This document shows positions 28,743 through 37,705 of a DNA stretch of 56,992 nucleotides, one piece after another. The stretch is taken from NCBI GenBank assembly GCA_937998695.1, contig CALLCO010000118.1, forward strand, positions 1 through 56,992, given 5' to 3'. The notes under the pieces were generated by a model that was not told where the DNA came from, made no database searches, and saw nothing but the letters and a program-made list of their open reading frames with translations. Source of the stretch: Candidatus Ozemobacteraceae bacterium (GTDB lineage: Bacteria > Muiribacteriota > Ozemobacteria > Ozemobacterales > Ozemobacteraceae). How positions within the stretch are numbered: position 1 is the first letter of the stretch; each line of letters opens with the position of its first letter. The translations under genes and the position numbers were made by a program.

Positions 28743-28761
28743 TCGGCCGGGAAACCGGTAG
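27793..28761 (+). CDS. IS1595-family transposase
   Basis: N-terminal zinc ribbon (FRCPACGH..ECQSCGHQTSLTAGT), then VEVDEAWLAG, and C-terminal YLDEFVFRFNRR, all typical of IS1595/ISXO2-like DDE transposases. The start may be the second ATG at 27799. Confidence 0.85.
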   Translation: MAMATKILMPMPDFPGDLPEFERRFADEAACAEYLRAQRWPRGFRCPACGHDRGWTNRRRAVECQSCGHQTSLTAGTVLHGTRHPLRLWFRAMWWVCTQKTGLSAAGLKRILGLKSMQTAWTWLQKLRQAMVRLEREPLQGRVEVDEAWLAGEKPGKVEGWRSARVAVAVEMDPGDGEMGRIRLLDITRSPDRLMLGFIRQEIFPQATIETDAWPGYEILAGDGYRRVRLAETDDPAHPLPQVRRIVTLVRRWLLGTHQGRVERRHLQGYLDEFVFRFNRRKSPQVGLLFQRLVSQGTQVQGRPYRQWAGHEPSGKARPGNR

Positions 28762-28831
28762 CCGGCTGCCGGAAAATTCCCACCGGCTTCCGTCTTTCGA
28801 CGAGCATCCTCTGTTGATGAGGGTTGGTGCT

Positions 28832-28846
28832 TGGCACGGGCCTTGC
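28832..28846 (+). promoter_or_regulatory. sigma-54 (-24/-12) promoter
   Basis: TGGCACGggccTTGCg matches all fixed positions of TGGCACG-N4-TTGC. Lies 61 nt upstream of ATG 28907. Confidence 0.6.
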
Positions 28847-28906
28847 GACGTTCCCGGCATCATTCGATCCTCATACGATCACCAACATTCAGCAAGCGGA
28901 GGAATT

Positions 28907-29446
28907 ATGAAAAAGGCATCTCTTCTGGTTCTCCTGGCCTTGATGGTGTCCTTCCTGTCCCCCCTGACCGGCTTCGCCGGCCAGTCCCAGACCCCGGCCC
29001 CCGCCCCGGTCCCTGAAGTCGGGCAGGGCCAGGATGGCGGCCAGTCCGACCAGGCCGGGCAGGTCGACCAGATCGGCCAGAGCAAGGGCTGTGGCCTGTG
29101 GGCGTTCATCAAGAAGAACCTCAAGAAACTGTTCGCCAAGAACCCCGAGCAGGATGCCGAACTCCTGAAGAAGCTCCTGATCCTGGCGGCGAAAGACCTC
29201 GAACTGGCCCTCAACGCCATCGACGGCAAAGACAAGTGCTACAAGAAAGCCTTCCCGGCGGTTGCCCACCTCAACCACGCCCTCTCCGCCCTCCACAAGG
29301 GCCGCCCCCCCAAGCACCTGAAACCCGCCTTCAACCAGCTGGAAAAGCGCATCTCCCACGCCAAGTTCTACCTGGTGGTCTTCGACTTCGATGAGGCCTC
29401 CGCCCGCATCGAGGCCGCCAAGGACTACATCGGCGAGCTCAACTAG
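28907..29446 (+). CDS. small secreted helical protein, hypothetical
   Basis: GGAGGA SD and signal peptide MKKASLLVLLALMVSFLSPLTGFAG. Has a Gln/Gly/Asp-rich linker followed by a Lys-rich helical body. ORF 28724.. trimmed. Confidence 0.6.
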   Translation: MKKASLLVLLALMVSFLSPLTGFAGQSQTPAPAPVPEVGQGQDGGQSDQAGQVDQIGQSKGCGLWAFIKKNLKKLFAKNPEQDAELLKKLLILAAKDLELALNAIDGKDKCYKKAFPAVAHLNHALSALHKGRPPKHLKPAFNQLEKRISHAKFYLVVFDFDEASARIEAAKDYIGELN

Positions 29447-29480
29447 ACCCAAGCAGAGAAAACCTCTCTCTCTTCCCCGC

Positions 29481-29509
29481 GCCGGTGGCACCCGCCACCG
29501 GCTTTTCTT
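29481..29509 (+). terminator. Rho-independent terminator
   Basis: gccggtggc-accc-gccaccggc stem-loop followed directly by ttttctt, 35 nt after the stop at 29446. Confidence 0.75.
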
Positions 29510-29987
29510 ATGCCGTGAATCGCTCGAAAGCGATCGTTGGCCGGCACCGCAACAGGTCGCCCAGCTCCACGTTGTCATCGAGAATGGCCAGCCGCTTCAT
29601 GTCACCCTCCGTCCGCATTTCGTCCCAGGCTCCTGCAGGCGGGCGGCTCCCGGCAACGGTCGGCGGGTTCCGGTTCCTCAAGAAAGGCAAATCCGGCGCG
29701 TGTCTTCCTCCCCGGCCAAGGGATCCCGTTCGTAATCGTGATCGGCTGCCGGAGCGGCAAAGCCGCCTCGGCCCCGCCAAGGAAATCCCCGATCTTTTGC
29801 CGGGCCAGCCTCCTCCAGGCTTCCCCGCCACGGGGAAGGTTGCCTGTGCCGGATGACCCTCGGCCTCACTTCGCTTCCGCCGGGGGACGGGGATGGGTTA
29901 CACTGTCTGCCGACCGGCCGAAGAGAAGGGAAGTCGGTCGGGCGTCGTCGGGGTCACCCGGCGTCACGGAAAGGAACGAGGCCGGTC

Positions 29988-32987
29988 GTGTTGGAACAGG
30001 TCAGGAACGGCAGCGGGAGCGGGTTCTGGCGCTCCCTGTTCCCCTATCTCTTGGCCATCCTGCTGTTGCTGTTGCTGCTGGCGATCGTCCACGCCATCAG
30101 TGTCACCGAGACCGCCTGGCGGACCCGGCAACGGGAAGGCCTGTTGGCGCGGGATGCCGCCGCCCAGGTCCAGGGCTTCCGGCACTCGCATACGTTCGCC
30201 GCCCAGGTTCAGGACATGTCCCGGACCCTGCGGGCCCGCCTGGCCCGTCACCTGCGCCGCTCCCTCGACCGGACCGGGGTGGCCGACCTGCGCTTCCAGC
30301 GCGACCGGTTCGTCCACCTGGTGCGCCAGTCGGTGCCGGAGCGGTTCCGGCCGCCCGGCTCGGTGCTCTACCTGTTCTCCTTTGATGCGACCGGGCGGCC
30401 CGTCTGCGAATCCGGACCCGGACTGACGACCCGCAAAGGGCGGTTCATGGCCGGTCTCTTCGGCCAGATCAGCCGTCTGGAGAGCCTGGGGAAATCCGAG
30501 CGGGAAAGTGCCGAGAAAGCCTGTCAAAGTGTCTTTGGCGGGGGGTGCCCGCTTCTGGTCCTGGCCGAGGTCGGGAAGGGGCGGCCGGTGAGTTGCCGGT
30601 TCGAGGAGCGGGGCGGTTTCGTCCTCTGGGATACGCTGGCCGTGCGCGGCCGGGTGGTCGGAGGGTATTTCCTCATCCTGCCCGGCCATGTCATCCGCAC
30701 CGCCCGCCCCCTGCTCGCGGCGCTCGATCGGATGGCCGCCCAGAGCCGGTTGCGGGGCGTGCCGTTCCTGGTCGGCATGGACGGGATCGGCCAACCGATC
30801 CGGGTGTTTCTGCCGACGGGGGTGCCGTCCCGGGGGGTGCGACAGAAGATCCGGCAATGGGTCATGCCAGGACGGCGCGAACGGGATATCCCGCTGGCCA
30901 CGCTGACCCGGTGGGGCGACTGGTACCTCTTCCGCGACGTGCTGAAGGTGGGGAGCGGGTATGAATTCTGGGTAGCCTATCCCGCGCCGTCTTCCGGCCG
31001 GACGGGAAGCCGGCATCGGGCGTTCCTGCCTCTCGCCTTCCTGACCGGCGGGCTGGCTGCCCTCATCCTCGCCCACCTGTTGGTCTTCGGCGCCCCCCCG
31101 TTCATCAGCCTGCGTCTCTGGCTGCCCCTGGCCATCATCCTGATGGGGGGCGTTCCCCTGGTGGTGCTGTATGACGTCGGGATCATGCAGATCCAGATCT
31201 CGCGGATGCGCGAGACCCGGTCCCTGCTCGATGGCGCGGTGTCGCGCCTCGAGGAGATCGATGCCGGGCATACCGCGATCTTCGCCCAGTTCACCGCTGC
31301 GGCCCGTCGGATGATCACCGACCCCGGGTGGCGGCAGATGGTCCTGGGGGAGACCCCTGCCCTGCTCCGCCGGGCCGGCGAGCGGGGGCTCGAGATGCTG
31401 GCGCAGGCCGGCCTGCGGGCTCGGGCCCTGTCGATTCTGCCTCCCGTCGGGGAGGCGGTGATCCTCTCCGATCCCAAGGTTCGTCTTCGCTCGGTGGGAG
31501 CGATGCGCGAAGGGTTCATGCGGTCGATCCGCGATGCCTGCCTGTCCTCATTAGGACTCGCACTGCCGGGAGAAACGGGAGATCCGGTTCTGGCGGCGAT
31601 CGGTCGCTGGATGTCCACCCTGGGCATCTTCATGGAATCCCGTGACAAACGGGAGGAGGTCCTGTTCGGGATGATACATCAGGGATCCCTGGCGGCGGCG
31701 GTCGGCCCCCCCGAACTGCATTTCCACGACATCCTGTATGAGCGGGGCCGGATCCACTCGTTCGTCAGTCTTATCGTCGGGGCCGACCCGGTGCTCGAGG
31801 GGCGGATGCGCCACCTGGCCGACCACTTCAACGCGTCGGTCGGACCTTTCCACTGGTTGGGAGTTCTGCGCCGGGAACGCGGAGAGCTGATTCCCGTGGC
31901 CCCCCACCCCCGCGAAAAGTTCTGGCGGACCGGCTTCGGCCGCACCCTCCGGCGCTTTCTGGTGCGGGCCGCCCACCGGGAATCCCTCCAGGTCGGGCGG
32001 ATCGGGTCCCACCTGTACGTCGCCGACGTGTGCAAGTCGACCCCGAACCTCTTGCTCGGGGTCCACGTTCCCCTGCAGGAAGTCGAGGACCGGGCGGCCG
32101 AGAGCCTGTTCCGTCTGCGCTGCCTGACCGTTTTGCTGGCGCTGTTCATCGGCCTAACCGGGACGGCCCTCGCCCGTTTTTTTCTCGTTCCCCTCGAACA
32201 GGTCCAGCATGGACTGGCCCTGGTGGGCGCGGGCGATCTTGCCATCCGGGTCAGGTTGGCGCGCGACGACGAACTGGGGCGGCTGACCGCCTCGTTCGAC
32301 GAGATGATCGACGGGTTGCGCAAACGTCAGGATCTGGGCCAGTTCGTCTCGGGCACTCTCGAGGAGCGGGTGTCCACCTCCGCCCCGGCCGGTCTGGCCG
32401 AGCCCCTGACCCGCACGGGAGCCATCCTGGTTTCGGACGTGCGCGGCTTCACGACGATGTCCGAACGGCACCCTCCCGAAGAGGTCGTGGCCATGCTCAA
32501 TCAGCACCTCGAGGAGATGGTCGAGGAGATTCGTCGGCAGGGGGGAATGATCGAGAAGTTCATCGGCGATGCAATCGTCGCCGCCTTCTACGATGCCCCC
32601 GGCGGTGAGCGCGGCCTGGTAGGCGCGTTGCGGGCGGCCACGGGCATGCGCCGCCGGCACGATGCCCTGCAGGCATCGCGGCGGGAGACCGGCTGGTTCA
32701 CCTATGAGATGGGCATCGGCATCGCCGAAGGCACCATCCTGTCGGGGACGGTTTTCTCGGCGGGTCGCCTCGAGCACGTCGTGCTGGGGCGGGTGCGGGC
32801 CGCCGCCGAGGCCATGGAGAGCCTGTCCAAGCGGGGGAACCGCACCCGGGTCGTGCTGTCCCCTGAGGCCGCCCGCCTGGCGCAGGAGGCTCTTCCCGGC
32901 ATCGACCTCCATCCCATCGGATTCGACGAAGGCTGGGAACTGGGGACCCTCCGCGTCCTCGCCGGTTCGCCGGAGGTGTCGGCATGA
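29988..32987 (+). CDS. membrane HAMP + class III nucleotidyl cyclase, 'C1-like' paralog
   Basis: N-terminal TM helix and a ~700-aa unknown sensor region. HAMP domain (LGRLTASFDEMIDGL), then a cyclase domain with VSDVRGFT and KFIGDA. Frame is open from 29853; GTG 29988 after GAGG is preferred as the start. Confidence 0.75.
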   Translation: MLEQVRNGSGSGFWRSLFPYLLAILLLLLLLAIVHAISVTETAWRTRQREGLLARDAAAQVQGFRHSHTFAAQVQDMSRTLRARLARHLRRSLDRTGVADLRFQRDRFVHLVRQSVPERFRPPGSVLYLFSFDATGRPVCESGPGLTTRKGRFMAGLFGQISRLESLGKSERESAEKACQSVFGGGCPLLVLAEVGKGRPVSCRFEERGGFVLWDTLAVRGRVVGGYFLILPGHVIRTARPLLAALDRMAAQSRLRGVPFLVGMDGIGQPIRVFLPTGVPSRGVRQKIRQWVMPGRRERDIPLATLTRWGDWYLFRDVLKVGSGYEFWVAYPAPSSGRTGSRHRAFLPLAFLTGGLAALILAHLLVFGAPPFISLRLWLPLAIILMGGVPLVVLYDVGIMQIQISRMRETRSLLDGAVSRLEEIDAGHTAIFAQFTAAARRMITDPGWRQMVLGETPALLRRAGERGLEMLAQAGLRARALSILPPVGEAVILSDPKVRLRSVGAMREGFMRSIRDACLSSLGLALPGETGDPVLAAIGRWMSTLGIFMESRDKREEVLFGMIHQGSLAAAVGPPELHFHDILYERGRIHSFVSLIVGADPVLEGRMRHLADHFNASVGPFHWLGVLRRERGELIPVAPHPREKFWRTGFGRTLRRFLVRAAHRESLQVGRIGSHLYVADVCKSTPNLLLGVHVPLQEVEDRAAESLFRLRCLTVLLALFIGLTGTALARFFLVPLEQVQHGLALVGAGDLAIRVRLARDDELGRLTASFDEMIDGLRKRQDLGQFVSGTLEERVSTSAPAGLAEPLTRTGAILVSDVRGFTTMSERHPPEEVVAMLNQHLEEMVEEIRRQGGMIEKFIGDAIVAAFYDAPGGERGLVGALRAATGMRRRHDALQASRRETGWFTYEMGIGIAEGTILSGTVFSAGRLEHVVLGRVRAAAEAMESLSKRGNRTRVVLSPEAARLAQEALPGIDLHPIGFDEGWELGTLRVLAGSPEVSA

Positions 32988-35983
32988 CCGGCCGCCCCTG
33001 GGGACGCCTGCTGCTGGCCCTGGCCTTCCTGACCTTCCCCGCGGGGCTCCTGGTGTTCCAGCTGGCCGACATGGACCGTCTCGCCCGTACCGTCTGGGAG
33101 GACGAAGTGGTCGAACGGTCCGGCAGCCGGCTTCTCGACGAGCAGCGGAACTCCCAGGTCATGGTGCAGGTCCGGGGGGTGATCGACCGGTTCACCCAGG
33201 GGCTGGCCGGGACCCTGGCGGGCCGGCCGGACCCTGCCGAGATGCGCGAGGCGGCCCGCCGGCAGGCCCGCGAGGCGCGTCGCTGGCTTCCCCCCCACGA
33301 TCTGGCGTTGGTCGAGGTCGAGGGGAACCGGGCCCGGATCCTGTTCCGGCAGGCGTCGCGGCGATTCTTCCCCACCCCGGGCCTGTTGCGGGCCTTCGCC
33401 CGGTGGGGGGCGACCGGCCGAGTGGCGCCCGCCGACCTGGCGACCCGGCTGTCCCGCGCCATGAACATGCTCCATTCCTTGAGCGATTTCATGCATTCCT
33501 GGTGGCGGGGGGAGTTTCGCTATTTCGCGATGGGGACGACCTCGGCGGCCGGGATCTGGGACGTGTTGCCCACCGGGACCGCCGGTCGCGTGGTGGTGAT
33601 GGTCTGTTTCCTCGATCTGACCTTCCTGGCCGATGACCTGGGACCCCGGCTGGCCGTGAAAACCTGGAAGGATCCGGCATGCGGGATCGCCTTCCTGCCC
33701 CGGGACCCCGCCCGGCCGGTGATCGTATCCTCGCTGGTGCGGCGGGCCGGGCCGGTCCTGGGCCGTTTGCGGTCGGCGGTGGCCGGTGATCGCCCGTTGG
33801 CTCCGGTGGAAAACCTCGAGGGCTGGGTGGTGGCCACCGGTCACTCCCATCCTGAATTCGCCCATCGGGTCGTCCTCGTCTACCATCCTCCGTCCCCCGA
33901 CCGGCTGGGGACTCCCGCCCGCCGGCTCTGGTTGGCGGCCCTGGGGTTGATCTGGTGCCTCGGAGCCTGGCTGGTGACCGAGCGGATGTTGTTCGGGCGC
34001 GGGCTCGGCCTGTCGGTGCGGGTCACCCTGCTGGGTTCGTTCATCCTGGTGGCCCTCCTTCCCGTGATCGCCGGGGCCGGCGCCGGCCGGCGACTGGTGT
34101 CCGACCAGTTGCGGAGCGAGCGGATGGCGACGGTCCAGGAACTCAGCCAGGATCTCGACCGTCTGGATGGCTGGTCCACCATGGTGCAGGCCCGCCTGTT
34201 CCATGGGATGCGCAACGCGGCCAAGGCCCCCGCCATGCTCCGGGCCCTCCGGGGGCTCGAGCAGGTGTGGGCCGCCCGGGGGTGGCAGGAAGGGGCGGTC
34301 GATCGGGAGATCGCCGTTCTGCTGGCCTCCTGGGTGGCCGCGGTGGAAGCCCACGGTCAGGGGGAAAGGCCGGCCCGAGTGATGCTGATCGGGCCGAATG
34401 GCTTGTACGGACAATGGGAAAATGACTCCCGGGGGACCGCCCCCCTTCCCAAGGATACGATCTTCCCTGCGGTGGCCCGCGATTTCCTGCAGCGGGCCTC
34501 CCCTCACATCCGCTTCGCGCCCCGGCGGTCTTCGGCGGCCAATGGCCAAGAAGCGCAAGAAGAGGAAGAAGGCAAGATCACCGGGGTGGTCCAGGAGAAG
34601 ACCAAACAGATGCTCCTGGAAATGACCGGCCCGCTGACCTTCTCCCGTCTGGCCCACTACCCCTCCGCGGTATGGCAGATCAAGGTCGATGTCGTGAGCT
34701 TCTTCATCACTTCCTTCCCGGTGCTGTGGCAGAAAGCGCTGCGGTATGGCTTCACCGTCTTCTGGTCGGAGGATTTCTTACTGGACACCTACCTGCGGGA
34801 GTGCTTCGGGCCGACGGGTCGTTGGCGCGGGTTTGCCGATCGCGGCTTCTTCGCCGTCAGCACCTGGGGAAGCCGGGAACGGATGCTGGCGGGCAACCCC
34901 AGCCATCCCCCCGGCATCGGCCAGTTCCCCCAGTTGGTCGCCTTGACCCAATCGGCCCGGGCCCTGCGCGGGCCCATGCGTCGCTCCGACGAGGCGGTGG
35001 GCGTGCTGTACGAGGCCCGTCCCTCCACCCGAACCGGGCGGATCTACCTGGCGGGATGGCGGTCGATCGCCCATCTCGAGCAGGAAGCGACGGCAAGCTG
35101 GTATCGCTTCCTTTGGGCTTTGCTGGGGCTGTTGGTCATCGCTCTGGCGGTGGCCATCGGGGCGGCGGGGCACGTGCTCGACCCGTTGGCCACCCTGCTG
35201 TGGGGCATCGAGCGGATCAAGGCGGGTGATTTCACCGCCCGTCTCGGTCTGCGGCGGAGCGACGAGTTCGGTGCCCTGGGCGAAGCGTTCGACGCCATGG
35301 CCCGCAAGCTGAACGAAATGGCCCTGCTCGGGCGGTACGTGTCGGGGGCGGTCCGGCAGGCGATCGAGGACGAGGGGGCGCTCTCTTTGGCTCATCGGGG
35401 GCATGCTACCGAGGTGACCGTGCTGTTCTTCCATCTGCTCGGATTCGAACGGTTCGAGGAGCAGGAGTCGCCGGCCGAAGTGTTCCGCGTGCTCAACCTT
35501 TACCTGGACGCGGTCGACCGGGCCGTGCGCCGCCATGGGGGAGAGATCGACAAGGTCATCGGCGAGAAGATCCTGCTGCTGTTCGCGCACGACACCCTGG
35601 GCAGCGGAGAGGCCGCTGTGGCCGCCGCCCTGGCGGTGGCCCGGCAGGTGCGGGCCGACCTGGCCGGCCGCCTGCCTCTGACGGTCGTCTCCGGGTTGAA
35701 CTCCGGCCCCGCCGTCGTGGGCATCATCGGCGCGCGCGGCGCCAACGTCGATTTCACGGCGATCGGCGATACGGTCAATCTCGCCTCCCGACTGGCCACG
35801 CTGGCGGCCACCACGACGGGGTCGCAGCTGGTCCTGTCGGGGAACTCGCTGGCCCTAGCCGGGCCCGGGGTGCGGGCTGAGCGGCTCCCGTTCAAGCGGG
35901 TCAAGGGCAAGACCCAGGAAGTCGAGGCCTGGCTCTGGCTCGAACCGGGGGCTTCGGGTATTCCGGGATACGGCCGCCGTTGA
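32984..35983 (+). CDS. membrane HAMP + class III cyclase-homology protein, 'C2-like' paralog
   Basis: ATGA-coupled to the upstream paralog and has the same architecture. HAMP (FGALGEAFDAMARKL). Cyclase domain has LFFHLLGF and VIGEK but a canonical IGDTVNLASRLA. Confidence 0.75.
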   Translation: MTGRPWGRLLLALAFLTFPAGLLVFQLADMDRLARTVWEDEVVERSGSRLLDEQRNSQVMVQVRGVIDRFTQGLAGTLAGRPDPAEMREAARRQAREARRWLPPHDLALVEVEGNRARILFRQASRRFFPTPGLLRAFARWGATGRVAPADLATRLSRAMNMLHSLSDFMHSWWRGEFRYFAMGTTSAAGIWDVLPTGTAGRVVVMVCFLDLTFLADDLGPRLAVKTWKDPACGIAFLPRDPARPVIVSSLVRRAGPVLGRLRSAVAGDRPLAPVENLEGWVVATGHSHPEFAHRVVLVYHPPSPDRLGTPARRLWLAALGLIWCLGAWLVTERMLFGRGLGLSVRVTLLGSFILVALLPVIAGAGAGRRLVSDQLRSERMATVQELSQDLDRLDGWSTMVQARLFHGMRNAAKAPAMLRALRGLEQVWAARGWQEGAVDREIAVLLASWVAAVEAHGQGERPARVMLIGPNGLYGQWENDSRGTAPLPKDTIFPAVARDFLQRASPHIRFAPRRSSAANGQEAQEEEEGKITGVVQEKTKQMLLEMTGPLTFSRLAHYPSAVWQIKVDVVSFFITSFPVLWQKALRYGFTVFWSEDFLLDTYLRECFGPTGRWRGFADRGFFAVSTWGSRERMLAGNPSHPPGIGQFPQLVALTQSARALRGPMRRSDEAVGVLYEARPSTRTGRIYLAGWRSIAHLEQEATASWYRFLWALLGLLVIALAVAIGAAGHVLDPLATLLWGIERIKAGDFTARLGLRRSDEFGALGEAFDAMARKLNEMALLGRYVSGAVRQAIEDEGALSLAHRGHATEVTVLFFHLLGFERFEEQESPAEVFRVLNLYLDAVDRAVRRHGGEIDKVIGEKILLLFAHDTLGSGEAAVAAALAVARQVRADLAGRLPLTVVSGLNSGPAVVGIIGARGANVDFTAIGDTVNLASRLATLAATTTGSQLVLSGNSLALAGPGVRAERLPFKRVKGKTQEVEAWLWLEPGASGIPGYGRR

Positions 35984-36406
35984 GGCGATCGTGGTTGTAC
36001 CGCCCGGGCGGGCCGGCTTCCCCTGAGGGAGGGGTGCTACCCGTGCGGGAGAGCCGGCGAGCGGGCGGCTCCAGGATACCACCCTCGGCCGCCCGTCGGG
36101 AAGGAACGCTGTTGGCTCGCAGGAATGCTCCATTGGGCCAACGAGGCGGGTTGGCAGGTCGAATCGCGATCGACCTGCCAACCCGCGTGAACAGGGCAGT
36201 GGAGGATCGCCGGCCGTCGGGAAACGGCCCGTCGGACCAAATGATCTGACGGGGTCGGGCGCGGGCCTTCAGTCCGGCCGGACGGTGACGGTCAGGTCGA
36301 AGACCTGGCTGGCATGCAGGAACCGCTCGACAGTCAGGAGGACTCCTCCGGCGACTGGACTGGCCGTGGGGGGCGGGTCTCCCGTGGTTCCGGCGATGGC
36401 CCATCC

Positions 36407-36464
36407 GGCGGGAACGAAGGCGGTGACGGCGTGCCGGCGGGAACGAAGGCGGTGACGGCGTGCT
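36407..36464. repeat. 29-bp perfect-but-one tandem duplication
   Basis: ggcgggaacgaaggcggtgacggcgtgcc followed by ggcgggaacgaaggcggtgacggcgtgct, then ggcggg again. Confidence 0.85.
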
Positions 36465-37092
36465 GGCGGGCCGAGGTGCTCGATCTCGACGGCCCGTGTG
36501 GCGGGTTCAACCTGCAGTGGGCCTTTTCCAGCGGATTCCTGGCGGGGCATGTGGGGGATTCTCCGGTTCGGAGCGGGTCTGGAACCTGATCAATTCCAGG
36601 CGTCGCGATATCGCCATCGGGGGCGAGCCTCTCCAGCCGGCTCTGCCAGCGGACAACGAGAAACTCCCGGCTCCCTGGTATGATCGTTTGCCTGCGGGGC
36701 GGAGAGGCGCTCCTTGGAAGGAAAAGCGCCTTCCCTCGGGCCCTATCTCGACCGTGCCTTCCTCCGGATGCGCCAGGGGATCTTCCTGCGCCTTCTGCTC
36801 CTCGACCGGGGAAGCCGGATTCCCGAGGGCCTGCGGCAACAGATGAAGGCGCGTATCCGGCAACACATCCTCCAGGGCATGATCGATTCGGGCGAACTCA
36901 CGCGGAATTTCTGAATTCCGGTGACGGTCAGGAGCGTGCACCCGGAAAGGTGGGGGCGCCGCAGGTTCCCGCCCGCCCGGTTGCCTCGCCCTACCCATGG
37001 GGCGGGTCCAGGTCGGAAGCCCTGCCCGGAAAAAGCGGCGCCGCCCCCGGGTGATCCTGGGCGTCGCGCCAAACCGACCGTGGGGTGGGGTG

Positions 37093-37644
37093 TCAGGGAG
37101 CGGTGGATTCCGTGGCAGAGCCGGTCACACAGGATCCGTCCCGGCGGCGGAGCCGTTGGCCGCGACCCTGGCCACCCTGGCCATTCCGGCTGCCTTGGTT
37201 GCTCCAGCCACCCTGCCGGAACCGGCCGCCCTGCCGGAACCGACCGCCCTGGCCCGGTCTCTGGCCCCGTCCCTGGCCCGGTCCCTGGCCTAGGCCCAAC
37301 CCCTGGCCGCCCCCGCCGCGGCGGGCGTTCCGGCTGGCCCCGAACCCGGTGCCGTCGCGAGGCCGCGGCCGCGTGCCGTCTCCGAACCCACGGCCCTGGC
37401 CAGGGGTGGGGCAGGTGGCGGTGGCTACCGCGGTGGTCCCGAAAGTGGCCCGGAAATCAGGGTCGAGCCGATTGGGAATGCCGTCCCGGTCGTGGTCTCC
37501 GTCGGGTCCCATGATGGCGAGCGAGTCAGGGACGGAACCGGGGCTGATCGGGGAGGAAGCCGGCCCCGAGACCGGAACCTGGGCCAGCGCTCCGCTGACC
37601 GTGGCGAGTGCGGCCAGAAGCAGGACAATCCAACGATGGTTCAT
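37093..37644 (-). CDS. secreted Gly/Arg/Gln-rich protein with one TSP3-like Ca-binding repeat
   Basis: AGGAGG SD and signal peptide MNHRWIVLLLAALATVSGALA. DGDHDRDGIPNRLDPD motif, followed by GQGRGFGDG...GQGLGLGQGPGQGRGQRPGQGGRFRQGGRFRQGG. Confidence 0.55.
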   Translation of the reverse strand: MNHRWIVLLLAALATVSGALAQVPVSGPASSPISPGSVPDSLAIMGPDGDHDRDGIPNRLDPDFRATFGTTAVATATCPTPGQGRGFGDGTRPRPRDGTGFGASRNARRGGGGQGLGLGQGPGQGRGQRPGQGGRFRQGGRFRQGGWSNQGSRNGQGGQGRGQRLRRRDGSCVTGSATESTAP

Positions 37645-37705
37645 GACGTACCTCCTAGATGGAATTATCGATAGCCAGGGGATCATTCCGGCCACGGATA
37701 CACGC

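Noticed and set aside
29853-35983. Functional link between the two class III cyclases and the CYTH-containing CRISPR effector.
   Set aside because: They are separated by ~8 kb, lie on opposite strands with independent regulatory units between them, and nothing in the sequence ties them together.
36407-36464. Possible CRISPR repeats.
   Set aside because: There are only two directly abutting 29-bp units with no spacers. This is a simple tandem duplication, not an array.
36714-36914. 66-aa ORF with protein-like composition (..AFLRMRQGIFLRLLLLDRGSRIPEGLRQQMKARIRQHILQGMIDSGELTRNF).
   Set aside because: It has a TTG start without an SD, no recognisable family, and lies in a region that looks decayed. 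It may be a gene remnant.
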